Source: Octopus sinensis
Lineage: Eukaryota
Assembly: GCF_006345805.1 (NCBI RefSeq)
Contig: NC_043008.1
Span: forward strand, 67,642,001 to 67,706,000
Length of the DNA: 64,000 bases
Direction of reading: 5' to 3'
Below are positions 1-13,089 of this stretch, one piece after another. The notes under the pieces were generated by a model, which saw only the letters and a program-made list of their open reading frames with translations, made no database searches and had not been told where the DNA came from. Both the position numbers and the translations under genes were made by a program. Position 1 is the stretch's first letter. Every line of letters starts with the position of its first letter.

Positions 1-406
1 CTGTGTGGCACCTTGGGTAAGAGTTTTCTACTATAACCTTGGGCTTACCAAAGCTTTGTGTTGTGGATTTGGTAGATGGAAACTGAAAGAAGCCCATCAT
101 ATATATGTATAGATTTTGTAAATATCTATGTGTGTGTGTCTTTGGGTTTGTCCCCCATCAGCACTTGACAACTGGTGTTGGTATGTTTAAATCCCTGTAA
201 CCTAGTGGTTTGGCAAAAGAAACTGATAGAATAAGTACTAAGCATTAAAAACAAGTCCAGGGGTCAACTTGTTTGACTAAAACTCTTCAAGATGTTGCTC
301 CAGCATGGCCACAGTTAAATGACTGAAAGAAGTAAAAGAATAAAAGCATACTACTTGTGAGTTGTGGCCTTTTGAGGAATACATGTGCATGTGTATGTGT
401 GAATAT

Positions 407-438
<32 letters not shown>

Positions 439-589
439 ATGAGGATACATGTGCTAATATGCATGTGTGTGTGTATTCATGTGTGTATATAAATGTGTGT
501 GTGTATATGTGCAGAAATGTGTGAGTATGCATGTGTGTAGTATGTGTGAGTATGCATGTGTGTAGTATGTGTATACATGTGTGTGTGCA

Positions 590-624
<35 letters not shown>

Positions 625-824
625 CTTAGCCATTAGACATTAATAACATGAGACTGAAATAAATACTGAAATACTGGTGGGGGTGGTCAGTAGGACTGAC
701 AAAAACCTGCAACAACGTGTCCCCCAGCATGGCCACAGTCCAATGACTGCAATCAGCAGAAAAAAAAAATGGAATGATGAAAGAATGAAGTCAAATATAA
801 ATATTGCATAAATAGATTTTAGAT

Positions 825-830
825 TTTATT
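825..830 (-). terminator. Candidate polyadenylation signal AATAAA (alternative at 1289-1294)
   Basis: TTTATT on the plus strand at the end of a repeat-poor, AT-rich stretch downstream of the stop. Confidence 0.35.
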
Positions 831-2488
831 TCAAAGTGTAATATTTACAAGAAATTTTTGAAGATTTTTGCACCAAAAAATAAAAAATCTGAATGAAGGG
901 TTCATAATGTAGAGAATGTTTCAATAAATATTGGTTATGGTAAGTAAAAAGGAATCAGACTTTTTTTGCACCGGTAAACAGTTTGTCTTAGTATTTAAAC
1001 AATACTCAAAGTCTTCAAAAGAGAATGTCATCATCATTATCACCATCATGATCATCATCCACAAGTGTAAACTTGTGGGTTGGTTTGGGGGTGGGGGGAT
1101 AGGGGATGGTGTGGGGTAGGGGCTGCTTAGTGCTTAAAGTCATCGTTCAGATTGCAAAATGCCAACCAGATTTGACTTCAGGAATATAAAAAAAAATTAT
1201 AAATAAATAAATATACATGTATTTGGGCCCCCAACTGTTTTCTTCCTGTATTTTTTTTTTAGCTTTTTTTTTCGCAAATTGTAGACATTTTATTGAAATT
1301 CAAACGAGTTATTTTAGAAAATGCTTTGCTGTTCTTTGTTTCAATTAGTGTATATAAATATAAACCCTTCATCAATATAACCTGTAATAAAGTAAGGGTT
1401 CTTTGGAGTTGTGGGCAGTTGTGTTTAGTATTCTCCAATTTGGGATGAGAGAAAATGAAAACAATAAGAAATTTTCAAAAATCCAAAAATTGGGCAGATT
1501 TGCATCTCTGATAGTCTTGGGTCTTGATCATCTCCTAAAGTCTGAGCAAAGAAACAGTAAATGGTAAATAATGGTAAATAAGGAGATGAAGGATCATTTT
1601 GGTTTATCAGTAGTGAAGGGACTAGATAACTGATTTGGCTTTCACATATCTGACTTACATTTAGGGGTTAAGGGTTAAGGGATGAGGAACAGGAGAAAAA
1701 GGAGAAGAAGAACCTGTATCACAGATGCAGTTGTCATTTCTTTTTTGTTTTGTATATATATATTTTTAATGCTTTCATTTCATTGTAATTCTGTTTCCTT
1801 ATCCACAAATGTTCATTATTTGATCATTTCTGTTCTCTTCATTTTCATTCGGTTTGTCTGTATTAATATTGCACCATCTTTAAACTTCTCTGAAGCTCAG
1901 CTTTCCATTTACTTTAATCTATAAATTATTCAATTTTAGGCTTTCTGGAAGTTTGAGGTTTGTCATTGTTTTTTTTACATGGATGTGTATATGGATGTGT
2001 GTGTTTATGTATGTATATATGTGAGTGTGAATGTATGTCCTTTTCATTTTTTTTTTAATTATTCATTTAGGAAGATAATACTTTTTGATGAAATATTTTC
2101 AGATAATTCATATGGAAGCATCTGGAACCCTCTGAATAGTATTATAAGGAAATATGTAGAAATTTCTCAAAAAAAAAAAAAAAAAAGAGAGAGAGAGAAA
2201 GAAAGAGAGATAAAATTTTCCTTGTCATCCCCAGAATAAAATGTTCATTCATTAACTTCTTAATAATCAAGCTTCATCAGTAGTTCTCAGTCAAACCTGT
2301 TTTTACTTGATACTTCTTGTTTTCCATCATTTTTTAGGCTGGTTGGTTGATGGTAGTTTACAATATAGTTTCCCTTTTTAGCCAGTTGGAATTTCCAAGT
2401 TTTCCTCTTAAATTAAAGAACTCAAACCACATGAATGTTATGTGTTTATATAGGTTTTTTTCTCATTCTTATCTAGAAGCCAATCATT

Positions 2489-2496
2489 TCACCAAC
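2489..2496 (-). CDS. Terminal exon coding part (G-W-stop), followed by the 3' UTR
   Basis: Strong acceptor ttcttcttttattaatttcag; phase 1 gives GGT TGG TGA. Confidence 0.6.
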
Positions 2497-3479
2497 CTGA
2501 AATTAATAAAAGAAGAATTTAATACAGACGAAAACAAGTCACATTCTAAAGATGTTTTGGACAGGAACACCTGTCCACAATCAAAGAATTTAACTCCCTC
2601 CTTTATTCTTCTATATTTTGTTCTAGGATACCTTACTTCATAGTATATGGGACATTTAATCATGGCAAAGTCATTAGTTAAATTATCATTATCTTATTTC
2701 CTTGTAGTAAAGTACATGACACAGATGACTTTAATCTGTTTGGCTGATAAACAAGTTCCATCCTGACTTTAGAAAATTAGTTGGCACTAGGATAATAATC
2801 TATATGTGCAAAGTTGATTGTTCCAACAATATTTAAAAGCCTAAATTTTGTGGAAGATCATGCCAAACATGTGGACAAAGAAGAAAGACATTTCTTTTCT
2901 TTGTTTGGAGATGCCTGTCACATATAACACTAACTGTTTTATAAAACAGATGCAAAATCAATATCCCCCTGTATGAAAGACTAACATGTTTCAGGCAAGT
3001 TTATCATCATTAATCTGGAACCTATTCCTGTTGATGAATGGGGGTAAAGAAGAATTAGAAGTTCTGCCTGGAAGCACATGAAAATGTCATGAAAAGATTT
3101 CAGCACTGGAGTCAAGAGCAGACAAACACAGTAGTAACTATCCATCCAGAAATACACTATTCCTCAGAAATATTCTAACCTGTTATGTTATATCTACCCA
3201 GTACTACTTTATCCACCTAGAAATGTGTTAGCCACCAAAACATTAGACTCTTGCATGTCAAATAGTAACAAGCCTCCCCCTCAATGCAGGTTATGGTTTA
3301 TATACCACTTTATACATAGTATGTATAACATTATATAGATTATTATCTATATGCTAAACAAATTATTGTCTTATATAACTATATATAAATTATTCCCTAA
3401 ACAACAGTGTATGGATGCTGAATAAGCAGTAATATATAAGGTAATTTCTTGTAAAATAGCTAAGGACAAACATACTAAC

Positions 3480-3968
3480 CTTTACAAATTGACTTTAATA
3501 TTGTATCCTTGTGGCCACTCAACTTCTTGAAATAAGGCACAATGAAGAGGTGATCTTCAGCTGGTTTACTAGCAATCTTTGAAAAGTCTGTTTCACTTTT
3601 ACCTTCTACAACAACATAAACCTCAATTTTTTGATTCTTCAGAATAGCAGCTTCTTTGATCATTTCTGATGTTAAAGGAGTGGTGGAACTGACAAACAAC
3701 AGCAAAGTCTTTTGAGAGTCTTTATTAGCATTGTTAATTGCTGCTTTCATTGTTTTTCCGAAGATCTCGATGAATGCCTCGCTGATATTTTCTTTTTTGT
3801 TTGAAAACTCACTAAAGATTAGTTGGGTCTGAATCTTATTAGCATTGGTGTTCTTGATTTCTAATTTCAGTAATTTATAAAATTTAAAAATACTCGAATT
3901 ATATAAGCTCTGAAGACTGTTACGTTCAACACCCAGGTAAAGGTTCACTGGTCGTCGTGCTTCACAAA
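3480..3968 (-). CDS. Exon 7 (489 nt), VWA domain 2 without MIDAS
   Basis: Acceptor ttcttttactttcag, donor GTTAGT, phase 1-1; ICEARRPVNLYLGV...KTLLLFVS...KNQKIEVYVV...IASKPAEDHLFIV...SICK is a typical Cys-bracketed VWA domain. Confidence 0.88.
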
Positions 3969-4084
3969 CTGAAAGTAAAAGAAAGAACAAAAGAAAATAA
4001 TTACTATTTGAATAATAATGGTGTTAGAGGTGATCCACCTCATAATTGGTCTATATAACACAATGAATATTATTTTCTATATAA

Positions 4085-4133
<49 letters not shown>

Positions 4134-4627
4134 TGATCTCTATTATATTATATGCATTATTGTCTATATAATAATTTTATACATTGTATATATACCTTTT
4201 ATACATTGTCTCAATGACACAATATAAGTTATTTTCTGTGTAACATTATATATACATTATTATAAATATGGCATTATGTACACTATTGTCTATACAACCC
4301 TATACTATAATTGTATATATAACAACTTTATACATTATATATAACACTTTATTGTCTGTCTAACGCTGTATACATCACTGTCTATACTCCACTATGTAGG
4401 TTATTGTCTGTGTTACATTATATATATATTACTTTCCATCCATGTATCTATATTAATTATTATCTGTATAGTTTTAAAAATGTATTGTGCAATACATACA
4501 ATCTATAAAGATTGCTCAATATACAGTATTCTATTGTATCTATGTAACTTGCTGTGTAGGCTGTTAGCATACTTTAAAAATCCATTATAATATAGATTTT
4601 CAAATGTCAGAAATGGTGACTACTTAC

Positions 4628-4663
4628 TTGGTTTTGGTACAGTATATCCAGGAAAGACTTGCA
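4628..4663 (-). CDS. Exon 6 (36 nt, MQVFPGYTVPKP), inter-domain linker
   Basis: Acceptor ttctctcttttaacag, donor GTAAGT, phase 1-1, Pro-rich. Confidence 0.8.
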
Positions 4664-4926
4664 CTGTTAAAAGAGAGAAACAGAAAAGAAAACATTAATA
4701 TTTTTATTTATTAAAGAAATTTTTCACTTCATGATAATTCATGGTTTGAAATGTTTACTCTGTTTTTTTGTGATAAAAACCAGTTACTAACTGGTCAACA
4801 ATAATATAATAAAATTAATTGTTTCCAACATAGTTACAATAACAATAATGTTGAGGGAAGGGTGTTAGTCAATATCATTGACACTTTTACATACATATAT
4901 ACATAAATACTCACACATATATGCAT

Positions 4927-4993
<67 letters not shown>

Positions 4994-5309
4994 TGATGGG
5001 CTCTTTTTAGATTCTCTCTACCAAATCCACTCACAAGGCTCTAGTTAGCCCAGGGTTGTAGCAGAAGACACTCACTCATGTTGCCATGCAGTGGGATTTA
5101 ACCCCAAACCAAGTGGTTGGGGAGTGAACTTCTTAACCACACAGATACACTTGTGCCTATTCTAATCATAATTATAAAGACAGATTATTAGCAAATACAG
5201 GTGGAAGTCAATTAAGTTGAGTGATATGGGGACAAGAAGAATCCGAAACAGGAGGGTAATGAAGATATCAAAGCTGTATTTTGCAAAAGTCCAAATTATG
5301 AAGACTTAC

Positions 5310-5654
5310 TGTTGCAATGTTCCATGTTCAACAATTTCTTCACTGAAGAATCGATTTTACTATGATCCTTAGCCTCAAAGACAAAATCTGTAACTGGTGA
5401 TGAAACCATAGCCTTGTACTCATCAAATCTTATTCTACTGGCACGAAGTCGCAAGATGTATAAATATATTCCTCGTTTCTTTATCTTATGGGCACGTTTC
5501 AAATCAGTTTTACTCACGGAGTCATCAGCTGAGAAATAAAAGGCCACATGAGCTACATGGCGACGCAATTTATGAGAGATTTTCCATAAATGCCTCAGAG
5601 CATGGATTTCATGTCTTTTATGAGATGTTATTGTATTGTCATATTCACGGTTTT
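5310..5654 (-). CDS. Exon 5 (345 nt), C-half of VWA domain 1
   Basis: Acceptor ttcttctttttacag, donor GTAAGT, phase 1-1; RRHVAHVAFYFSADD...KKRGIYLYIL...MVSSPVTDFVF...C matches the VWA C-terminal pattern. Confidence 0.88.
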
Positions 5655-6458
5655 CTGTAAAAAGAAGAAAAGATGAGAAATTACTAGGTTCTTATAATAC
5701 TGTAAGTAACATATTTATAGTGGAAGAGGAATAACTGAGATATTTGATTATTCAATCTTAATTCTAACCCAAAAGTTTGAAAGACAAAATCAGTCCTGGT
5801 GGATTTGAACCCAGAACTACACGACCGAATACGTCATTGCATTTTATCTGGTGTTTTACTAATTCTGCCATCCATTTCCATTCTGGTGGGATGTGAGAAT
5901 ATTTTCAATGAAAATAAGAATTTTGCAATTTGGAATATTACTGGAGCTTGTTGACTCAGTAAGGTGTTGAAATACCAGCCCTTAGACCATGAGTTCAAAT
6001 TCATTGCAGGTATTTTGCTGTGTTTCTAACCCAAAACCTTTATTCTATAGAGACTTACTTCTGAAAGTCAGGAAATAGTATGTAACTTGTAGGAAATTTT
6101 ACTTCTGATCAGCTGATACACTAGACCAGAGTTTGGCTTCAGTTTGGCACCATAATCTGCTAGCAGGCTACGGAGATTCAATGTATTTGCAAGCCATTAA
6201 ACAATTGAAGACTTCTAGATAGTCTTTTGTGTTATGGTTTGCTTAATCTTTGCTTCCATAAGAATCACCAGTGAACAAAGGCTTTGCTGGTGTGTCAGGA
6301 GAAGGGGTGAACTAAGGATGTGATGGTGAGTATGGTGCGGTGAAGAAAGGATGTGATTTCATATGTATATAAGGTATTAAATTACAGAATATCTTGCCAC
6401 ATAAATCCATACTTTCCACCACCCAGCCCACTGTGTCCAGTACTAATAATATACTTAC

Positions 6459-6728
6459 TGTGAAGTTTACGTATGGTGTTTGCGAGTTCCTCAGTGTACA
6501 TGGTCCCAATTTTGCCGTTTTTCTTGAATTTTACAATTGTGTGAACTCGATTTTCAGAAACAGCAAAGATTGAAATCCGGTTGTATTTCCTATCGTTTGT
6601 CTTGAAATTGCGGAACAGTCTAACCATGTGCTCTGCTCGTTGGAGTTGAACATTAAATTCCTCCTTGGTCAAATACTTTGAAAGATCCAAATATATCATC
6701 ACATCACTCGCTTTCCCTCCTGGACAAG
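6459..6728 (-). CDS. Exon 4 (270 nt), N-half of VWA domain 1
   Basis: Acceptor tttgtctttcag, donor GTAAGT, phase 1-1; ACPGGKASDVMIYLDLSKY...NRISIFAVSE resembles VWA betaA/MIDAS (DxSxS becomes DLSKY) and betaB. Confidence 0.88.
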
Positions 6729-7599
6729 CTGAAAGACAAACAAAAGGGATTTCGTACAGAAACAAAAAAAAAAAGCTCGAAATGTCACTTCTATCCAGTC
6801 TTAATTTGGGAACTGATAATCAAAAAAAAAAGGAAAACATTAACAAATTCTACTAAGAATTTCCACTTTTTAATAACAAATGTAAATAAACCCAATCTGT
6901 TTCTTAAACCAGGGACATATTCATACGGCACAGAATGTTTTCACCTCAATAGACGTTATTGATTGGTTGAAATTGCCGAAATTGAAGAAAGAAAACAACA
7001 AATATGTTACAAACTATAGAATTTTCTCAATAAAGCCAAGAGAAAAAGATGTTTTATAAACACATTCTACCAGTATACGAAGTTTAAAAGTGTTTAGTTA
7101 CGTGGAAATTATTTTAAAAAACTGCCGTTCAAACCGAAAAGATCATATTTCCGTTGTATAAAGCACAGGAATACCAAAAATAAATGAAAAAAATAAAATT
7201 CCTCTTTTCCTTTCCATCGACTAAAAGGAACTTCAAATTTGAACTCCGCCAATCTGTGAACCCGTAAACAATATGAGCTCTAAATTAGATTGAGAGTTAT
7301 CTCCCCTGACCTACAACATCTGTATCGTCAATATCTCGGATCTGGTCTTGATAAAGAGTTGACGTTGTTCCTTTGTTCCTATTCAAGTCATTAAAACCGT
7401 ATTAAGCCTAAAAATTCTAATGGCGAATAATAACTAACACAACAAAAATAGACAGCAATACCACACAAACATCCGTGGATACACACTGTGACACGAGTAT
7501 CCCGTGTCCAAGACAAAGCACATGAACACTAATTACAAAGATATATATACACGCATACAATACTGGAATGGATATGGAGAACAAAAGTCTTCAACTCAC

Positions 7600-7665
7600 C
7601 AGAATTTCCTGGGTTATTGTTCACGTAACTGTCATTTTCTAAGTCCTTGACATTCTTGTAAGGAA
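7600..7665 (-). CDS. Exon 3 (66 nt, VPYKNVKDLENDSYVNNNPGNS), N-terminal linker
   Basis: Acceptor ttctttcatttcag, donor GTGAGT, symmetric phase 1, open frame. Confidence 0.8.
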
Positions 7666-9065
7666 CTGAAATGAAAGAATATTATTTAGTACAGCCTGTG
7701 TATATACCTTAGTGTATGTGTGTGTGTGTGTGTGTGGATGCTTCGTTGATAGAAGATGTAGGCTAAACACATAGAGTCCGAGTTATAGTTTTAATGATCC
7801 ACATGAGAGAAAAGGAAATGGAAGCTGTGATATTCATGCCTTTGAAAAATCTGAAGTGAAATTCTTTGAACAACAATTCAAAAGTTTGCTTCTAGTTTGA
7901 AATCTCCAAAGAACTTCCCTCGGTCTTATTTAATTGATTCTAGCAGACAGACAAACAGCTATTATACACAAATTCTAGTATTTATATCTATTTGATTTCA
8001 CTTATTAATCATTCATTAAAATTTATGTCGAAAGGATTGAGTGAGTGCAATGAGGAAGAAGTTTTATTTAAAGAGTGATATAAAACATGAAGACTTAATA
8101 ATTAGTGTCTGGACTGTATCCTTGCTCTATATTCATAACCAAAGTTCAGGACTCACGACAGCGTATAGGTGAAAAAGCAACACGGTAAATATTGATTTCA
8201 GATTCTTGCTCATGACCAGCAATTTTAAGGAAGCGGGTAAGTCGATTACATTGACCTCAGAGCTCAGAATGAAAGACAAAGTCGACCCCGGCGGAATTTG
8301 AAGTTAGAACTAAAGACGGACGAAATGCCGCTAATTATTTTGCCCGGCGTTGCTAACGATTCTACCAGCTCGCCGGCTTGCAACACAGTAAATATTGAGG
8401 TACCTTTAGTTAGTTTGTAACCCCGAGCGTGGTGGATTCTGTTAGCCTGGTTTAACCTAAAATCACGATATGAAGAGGACACTAGACTCCGCTTAACTAG
8501 TTTTCCTTAAATGTACTGCATGGACAAAGAGAAGGATGGATCAACTGGCAGACAGACAGAAAACTCTGCCGGGCTGACTTTAAATACTAAACAAAATGAG
8601 TTGAGAGAAATAACTGAAAGTGGTCAGAAGCATGTACTTGAACAAGATAGCCAAATACAGGTATATCAAATAATCTGCACGAAGACAGTTTTCAACAACA
8701 TTTCTATTGGTTTATGATCCACCCAGTCGAAATATGTACCATGCGGAGGCAAAGTGCATCACTACAATCAACATAAACTCTATAAAAATATGTGTAAACG
8801 TTACGTGAGTTTGCGTTATTGAGTTCGAACCCCACTGGGTTTACTAAAACTTGAAGAGTAGTGAATTCTATTAGGCTGGCCTTGCCCTAGATATATAAAG
8901 AGGTGATGATACTTATGTTCATCCATACGAACATGCTTTTCGTCAAGGGCACAGCTACAGTTTATGCGTACTGGGCATAATAATAGAGTAGCTATCTGTT
9001 AAATTCTTTAATGCAAACCTGATGTCTTGTAGTTGTTGTTGCTGCTGTTGTTACTACTGACTCAC

Positions 9066-9093
9066 CAGAGAAAGTCACTTCTATTAAAAACAT
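9066..9093 (-). CDS. Alternative exon: either 28-nt exon 2b (MFLIEVTFS, 9093-9066) or a 15-nt microexon (EVTFS, 9080-9066)
   Basis: GTGAGT donor starting at 9065; two AG acceptors (ttacag before 9093, taatag before 9080); each option keeps the frame in its own exon combination. Confidence 0.5.
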
Positions 9094-10292
9094 CTGTAAC
9101 TGGCAGCAGACAGAAGTAACCAGAGTGATGGAGTTTATTATTACAGCTGTGCACTACTACAACTCCTCATCACACACACAAATACATATCACCATCACCA
9201 TCACTACGAAAGCAGTAACAATAGTCTAGCAATTATCTAACTCCAAGTGGGGCAAGATGGAAGGACTTAAGCTTCCTTACGAAACAATTGATAATAGTTT
9301 ATATATATTTATATATAACGTGAGGAGCGAAGGAGTCACTTTACGCAGTGCTTTTGAAACTGGTGGATGGGAGGGAAGGAGGAAGGTATCTTCAAATTTA
9401 TGGCTTGGGTAAAATGTTTGCAACAGATCTAACTCTGCTGAAGGTACCCAAGATGCAAGGTGGTGATAGTTTTATGCCGGGCAGCGGGCTAAGTCTACCA
9501 CCCAAGTAAGCTGCAGCAAGATTTGAACGTTGAAAAGTAAAGCTGACCTGAACGGGATTCGAACACAGAACGATTCACAGTCTTGTAGTATTGTAATGAA
9601 ATAATTTTTTAAATAATAAAACAAACGGCTTCTTATTGATTTCTTATATGGACGCATATTTGTAGAGGTGATTATAATCAATTAGGCTTACCCCAGCAGA
9701 TTACTGGTACTTATTTTATTCATTTCAGAGAGAGATGAAAGACGAGGTAAATCGAAACGGCTGTACACTCAGAACGTAAAAAAGTCGACGCCCAAATACC
9801 GTAAGATCTTCATTCATGTCGCACTCTACTCGTTCCAGCCATTATATCGCTTTCAGAATCAGTAATATTTTGTTTCAAATTTTGACATAAGGCCAGCAAT
9901 TTTGGGGTATGAGGTAAGTTGATTATATCGACTCCAGTATTCGAGTGATACTTATTTTATCGAACCCCAAAGGGATGCAAAGTCGACCTCGGCGGTATTT
10001 GAATTTTGAACGTGAGGACGGACGAAATGCCGCGAAGCATTCTTGCCCGGCGTCGTAACGATTTTGGTGGCTCGCCGCCTTAGTATCGGTATTGCGGCGA
10101 TGTTCTGCAATGTTTAGACAACTGACAAACTAAAAGGTCTTTGTGGCTTTTAGTTTCGTTTTGCAGCATTGTCTTTTGGAGTATCAGTTTTATATATTTG
10201 GTGTTTGCTTTGTTATTCTTGACATAGTGAAGGCGCGTGGCTTAGTGGTTAGGGCATTTGATTGTAAGGTCATGAGTTCAATTCCCGTAGAA

Positions 10293-10539
10293 CAGAGAAT
10301 CTCAACCGGGGTCCAAATGGCCCTTGGCGTGGGGAGGCCATATTAAATATGTAATCGACTAGTCCCCTCTCCCATATAAGATTTAGTTGTTAAAAATTAT
10401 GTGCAAACAATCAGCTTTGCTTCTATGATACACAAAATATTTTAATACATTTTATATAATTCTTAATATTTAATTATAAAAATCGAATAAAACATGACTC
10501 AAAGGGGGTCCACGGGCAAAGAACGGTTGAGATCCGCTG
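10293..10539. mobile_element. hAT-like MITE
   Basis: Imperfect TIRs cagagaatctcaacc / ggttgagatccgctg. Confidence 0.55.
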
Positions 10540-10616
10540 GATGAGATTTATGCTATATGGTTTTGTCAGGTGCTAAAGAAAGCATCATTATCATTATCAT
10601 TATCATCATTATTATT

Positions 10617-11240
10617 AGGTGGCGAGCTGACAGAATAGTTAGCACGCCGGGCGAAATGCTTAGCGGCATTTCGTCCGTCCTTACGTTCTGAGTTCAAATT
10701 CTGCCGAGGTCGACTTTGCCTTTCATTCTTTTAGGGTCAATAAATTAAGTAGCAGTAAGGCACTTGGGTCGATGTAATCGATTAGTCCCCTCCCCCTAAA
10801 TTTCAGGCCTTGTGCCCTTAGTAGAAAGGATTATTAGGCGGCAAGCTGGCAGAATCGTTAGCACGTTCGACGAAATGCTTAACGGTATTTCGTCTGCCGC
10901 TACGTTCTGAGTTCAAATTCCGCCGAGGTCGACTTATCCTTTCATCCTTTCGGGGTCGATTAAATAAGTACCAGTTACGCACTGTGGTCGATATAATCGA
11001 CTTAATCCGTTTGTCTGTCCTTGTTTGTCCCCTCTATGTTTAGCTCCTTGTGGGTAGTAAATAAATAGGTATTTCGTCTGCCACTTCGATCTGAGTTCAA
11101 ATTCCACCGAGATTGACTTTTCCTTTCATTTTTTCGGGGTCAATGAATTAAATACCAGTGAAACACTGTGGTCGATGTAATCGACTAGTCTCCTCTCCCC
11201 AAAATTCAGGCCTAGTGCTTTTAGTAGAAAGGATTATTAT
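10617..11240 (+). mobile_element. Tandem array of about three tRNA-derived SINE units with a Meta-like central domain
   Basis: ggcgagctggcagaatcgttagc...gagttcaaattc...cctttcatcctttcggggtcgat recurs; other copies at 8210-8378(-), 9880-10080(-), 14925-15135(-), 26640-26864(-), 28438-28573(-), 31417-31630(+), 48715-48915(+), 49495-49700(+), 51580-51780(-). Confidence 0.85.
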
Positions 11241-11613
11241 TAACTGGCAATTTGCCAAACCAAACTGGATATAAAAGAAATTAACAAAAAGAAAGACAGA
11301 AGAAATTCAGTTTCATTTCTCCAAGCCACCAACTGCATGTATGTATGTTAATGTGTGTTAAAATATTGTATCGTTCTGATCCTGCAAATAAGTAGAATAT
11401 TATCTTGTTGAGTGCTGAGAAGTAAGATTTAAGGTCTCTCTCTGCTGATTCTAAAAATATTGTAGCAACTAGAATCATCAACATCACTCCTCTGTGCACT
11501 CTACAGGCAAACAGAAAGATTAGCTCTTGGTAGAGCTTGCTGTTTTAATAAACCTAGCTGTGGTTCACAGTTAAGCTGAAAAAGCCACTGGTATTAGATA
11601 AGTATTGGTCTTT

Positions 11614-11935
11614 TTAACTCTTTTGATACCAATCCACCAGAGACTATTCCTTGATTGTATGATATAACGTTTTTGTTCTAAAGTGATTTAAATTTAAAAC
11701 TTCCATCAAAATTGCAAACACTAACTTAATAATAAAAATTTATTTTATTAAATTCTTCATTATTTTCAAAATTAATTGAAACAAAGGCAATGTATTTCAA
11801 ATTAAATATGGTAATAAAAGGGTTCATTCTTTTGACACCAGTCCGCCTGAGACCGAGCTTGGTTCTACGATGCAACATTTCCATTTTAAAATGATTTAAA
11901 TTAAAACCTTCTATCAAAAAATTTGTGAATTCATA
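11614..11935. mobile_element. piggyBac-like MITE, about 1.5 tandem copies
   Basis: TTAA-ctctttt...aaaaggg-TTCA ends; the unit start recurs at about 11824. Confidence 0.5.
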
Positions 11936-12171
11936 TTCATACAAAAGTGCTCACTGAAACAGCCACAAACATTTGGGAAAACGGAAATATGCAATTAGAT
12001 CGTTTTTGATATTTTCATTGGTTATATATTTCATCAATTTGAATGGAAGAGAAGCGAAGATGGCTCCTGCAAGAATTGAACTCAGAAAGTATGGACATTA
12101 AATTCCGACCAGCACTCAACGGAGCTTGCTACGCACATGTCCCTTTAGTCTCTAGCTCCCTTTCTCTACAT

Positions 12172-12248
<77 letters not shown>

Positions 12249-12377
12249 CATACACGTGTGTGTACGTCTGCTTATGTATACAGTATGTGTAAAAGAAACA
12301 ATGCTGTTAAATGTAAATTAAAGAGTGTATCCCAGATGCAAAAATGAACTCAAACTAAAAAAAAAAAATTATCTTAC

Positions 12378-12405
12378 CTGATGCGGAGAAGCTGCTCTGG
12401 AACAT
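12378..12405 (-). CDS. Exon 2a (28 nt, MFQSSFSAS), completes the signal peptide
   Basis: Strong polypyrimidine acceptor (ctttctttttcttgtgtag), GTAAG donor, phase 0 to 1. Confidence 0.75.
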
Positions 12406-13027
12406 CTACACAAGAAAAAGAAAGAAAGGATTAGAAGAAGAAACAAACTGCCAAATATGTAAATTTGATTTAGTAAATAACAAGGTTGGAATATCAAGAA
12501 TTCATTCAACTGACTGGTAAATATTCGCTCACCAGTACAACCCCTAGCTCACATATGTGCTGTTTTATCACTCGGCCTCTACTTCTACTGCTACTACAAC
12601 AGCCTCTACTTCTATGAACTAGCTAACTGGATAATCCTGACATAACTATTCTTCTTCCTCGCATACATCTTGCAGTGTCGCACTTTACAGAGTTTAGATT
12701 AAATGCGTTGCCCAATTCATCCAGCCATGATCTAGGGTCACTTTTCTTAAGTTCGATTCTCGTGTATGCATTGACTAACAGATGTTGAAAAAGGGAAATG
12801 GCCTGCATGCCTAGCAGCCACTGACCTTACTGCATTCACTAAACTATCAACAACAACAACAACAAAAATACTATTTAGTAATCTATTAGCTGGATATGAT
12901 GATGGTCTTTCACAGTTAACTTCCTCAGTTGTATTCAGATAACATCGCTGGCAACTTTCCTAGATATTGTCGAATAACTTCCCCTGGTCATCTTGCACAG
13001 TGCCCTATAGATGTCCATCCAGTCATT

Positions 13028-13089
<62 letters not shown>

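Noticed and set aside
4030-4480. Degenerate tattgtctatataaca-like repeats on both sides of the VWA2 exon
   Set aside because: Low-complexity minisatellite with no evidence of function
10617-11240. CRISPR-like repeated units
   Set aside because: Eukaryotic SINE multimers with no repeat-spacer regularity and no cas genes
12528-12546. Possible 11-nt microexon with a GTGAG donor
   Set aside because: No polypyrimidine tract and it would break the frame
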